Source of the DNA: Peptococcaceae bacterium
GTDB taxonomy: Bacteria; Bacillota; Peptococcia; Peptococcales; Peptococcaceae
Direction: 5' to 3'
DNA: 24,000 nucleotides
Assembly (NCBI GenBank): GCA_017399005.1
Contig: JAFQEO010000039.1
Location: forward strand, 376 to 24,375
Below, in pieces: positions 23,712 through 24,000 of this stretch (the first letter of the stretch is position 1; each line of letters begins with the position of its first letter). Below the pieces are notes generated by a model. That model was not told the origin of the DNA. It made no database searches and saw nothing but the letters and a program-made list of their open reading frames with translations. The position numbers were made by a program, and so were the translations under genes.

Positions 23712-24000
23712 TTATTTTGCGTCTGGAGTGAACAGTGGAGAACCGAATTCTTCAACACCGAATTCACCGATCAGTTTCTGGCCGTTTTCGCTTACCAGCC
23801 AGTCAGCAAATGCTTTCGCACCTTCTGCATTGATCTGATCGTTTTTCTCTGGGTTTACAGTGATAACACCGTATGGGTTCAGCATGTCAGCGTCTTTTTC
23901 ACATACGATTTCCAGTTCCAGAGTATCTACCATGGACAGATAGGTTGCACGGTCTGTAATGGTGTAAGCCTGTTTTTCGTCAGCCATTTTCAGAACATCG
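23712..24000 (-). CDS. tupA: Tungstate/oxyanion ABC transporter substrate-binding protein, C-terminal part (N-terminus beyond window end)
   Basis: The frame stays open through the window end, with no stop in the codons above the Met at 23987. The C-terminal sequence ...NPYGVITVNPEKNDQINAEGAKAFADWLVSENGQKLIGEFG is typical of TupA-type (PBP_like_2) binding proteins. Confidence 0.75.
   Translation of the reverse strand, partial: DVLKMADEKQAYTITDRATYLSMVDTLELEIVCEKDADMLNPYGVITVNPEKNDQINAEGAKAFADWLVSENGQKLIGEFGVEEFGSPLFTPDAK

Noticed and set aside
1-24000. Search for CRISPR arrays, tRNA/rRNA genes, transposase/integrase genes and IS-type terminal inverted repeats
   Set aside because: I saw no regularly spaced direct repeats, no cloverleaf-compatible segments in intergenic regions and no ORF with recombinase or transposase signatures. 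The only repeat families are the iterons (3879-4041), the sRNA unit (two copies plus a hairpin fragment) and the intragenic Pro-rich repeats.

Overview
This 24-kb fragment looks chromosomal and probably comes from a Gram-positive anaerobe of the Clostridia. That assignment is inferred from gene content and signal style: split transketolase, a ~430-aa Pgi, TupABC, AGGAGG-type SDs, TTGACA/TATAAT-type promoters and hairpin+U terminators. Almost all genes are on the minus strand. The housekeeping blocks are galE-pgi, split transketolase, rarD, and tupABC followed by two moeA paralogues. A tandem pair of paralogous MFS transporters and a MerR / small membrane protein / DHA2-MFS efflux cluster are also present. 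Two patches look accessory. Patch 1 (about 2040-6400) holds a P4/D5-type SF3 helicase ('primase-family' Rep) followed directly by an iteron/AT-rich structure that resembles a replication origin. It also holds an LRR lipoprotein gene bracketed by two copies of a ~180-bp repeat that encodes a strongly promoted, terminator-ended small RNA. Next to the second copy I found an unannotated 28-aa hydrophobic peptide gene with its own promoter, convergent with that RNA, which is type I toxin-antitoxin architecture. A membrane-tethered XRE regulator follows. Patch 2 (about 13320-15130) is a low-GC three-gene insert: a putative PBECR-like small nuclease, a lipoprotein and a membrane-anchored small protein. 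I found no rRNA, tRNA or CRISPR array. Every coordinate for a promoter, terminator or small feature comes from hand counting and motif recognition, not from computation. All family assignments are from memory of signature motifs and need HMM/BLAST confirmation.
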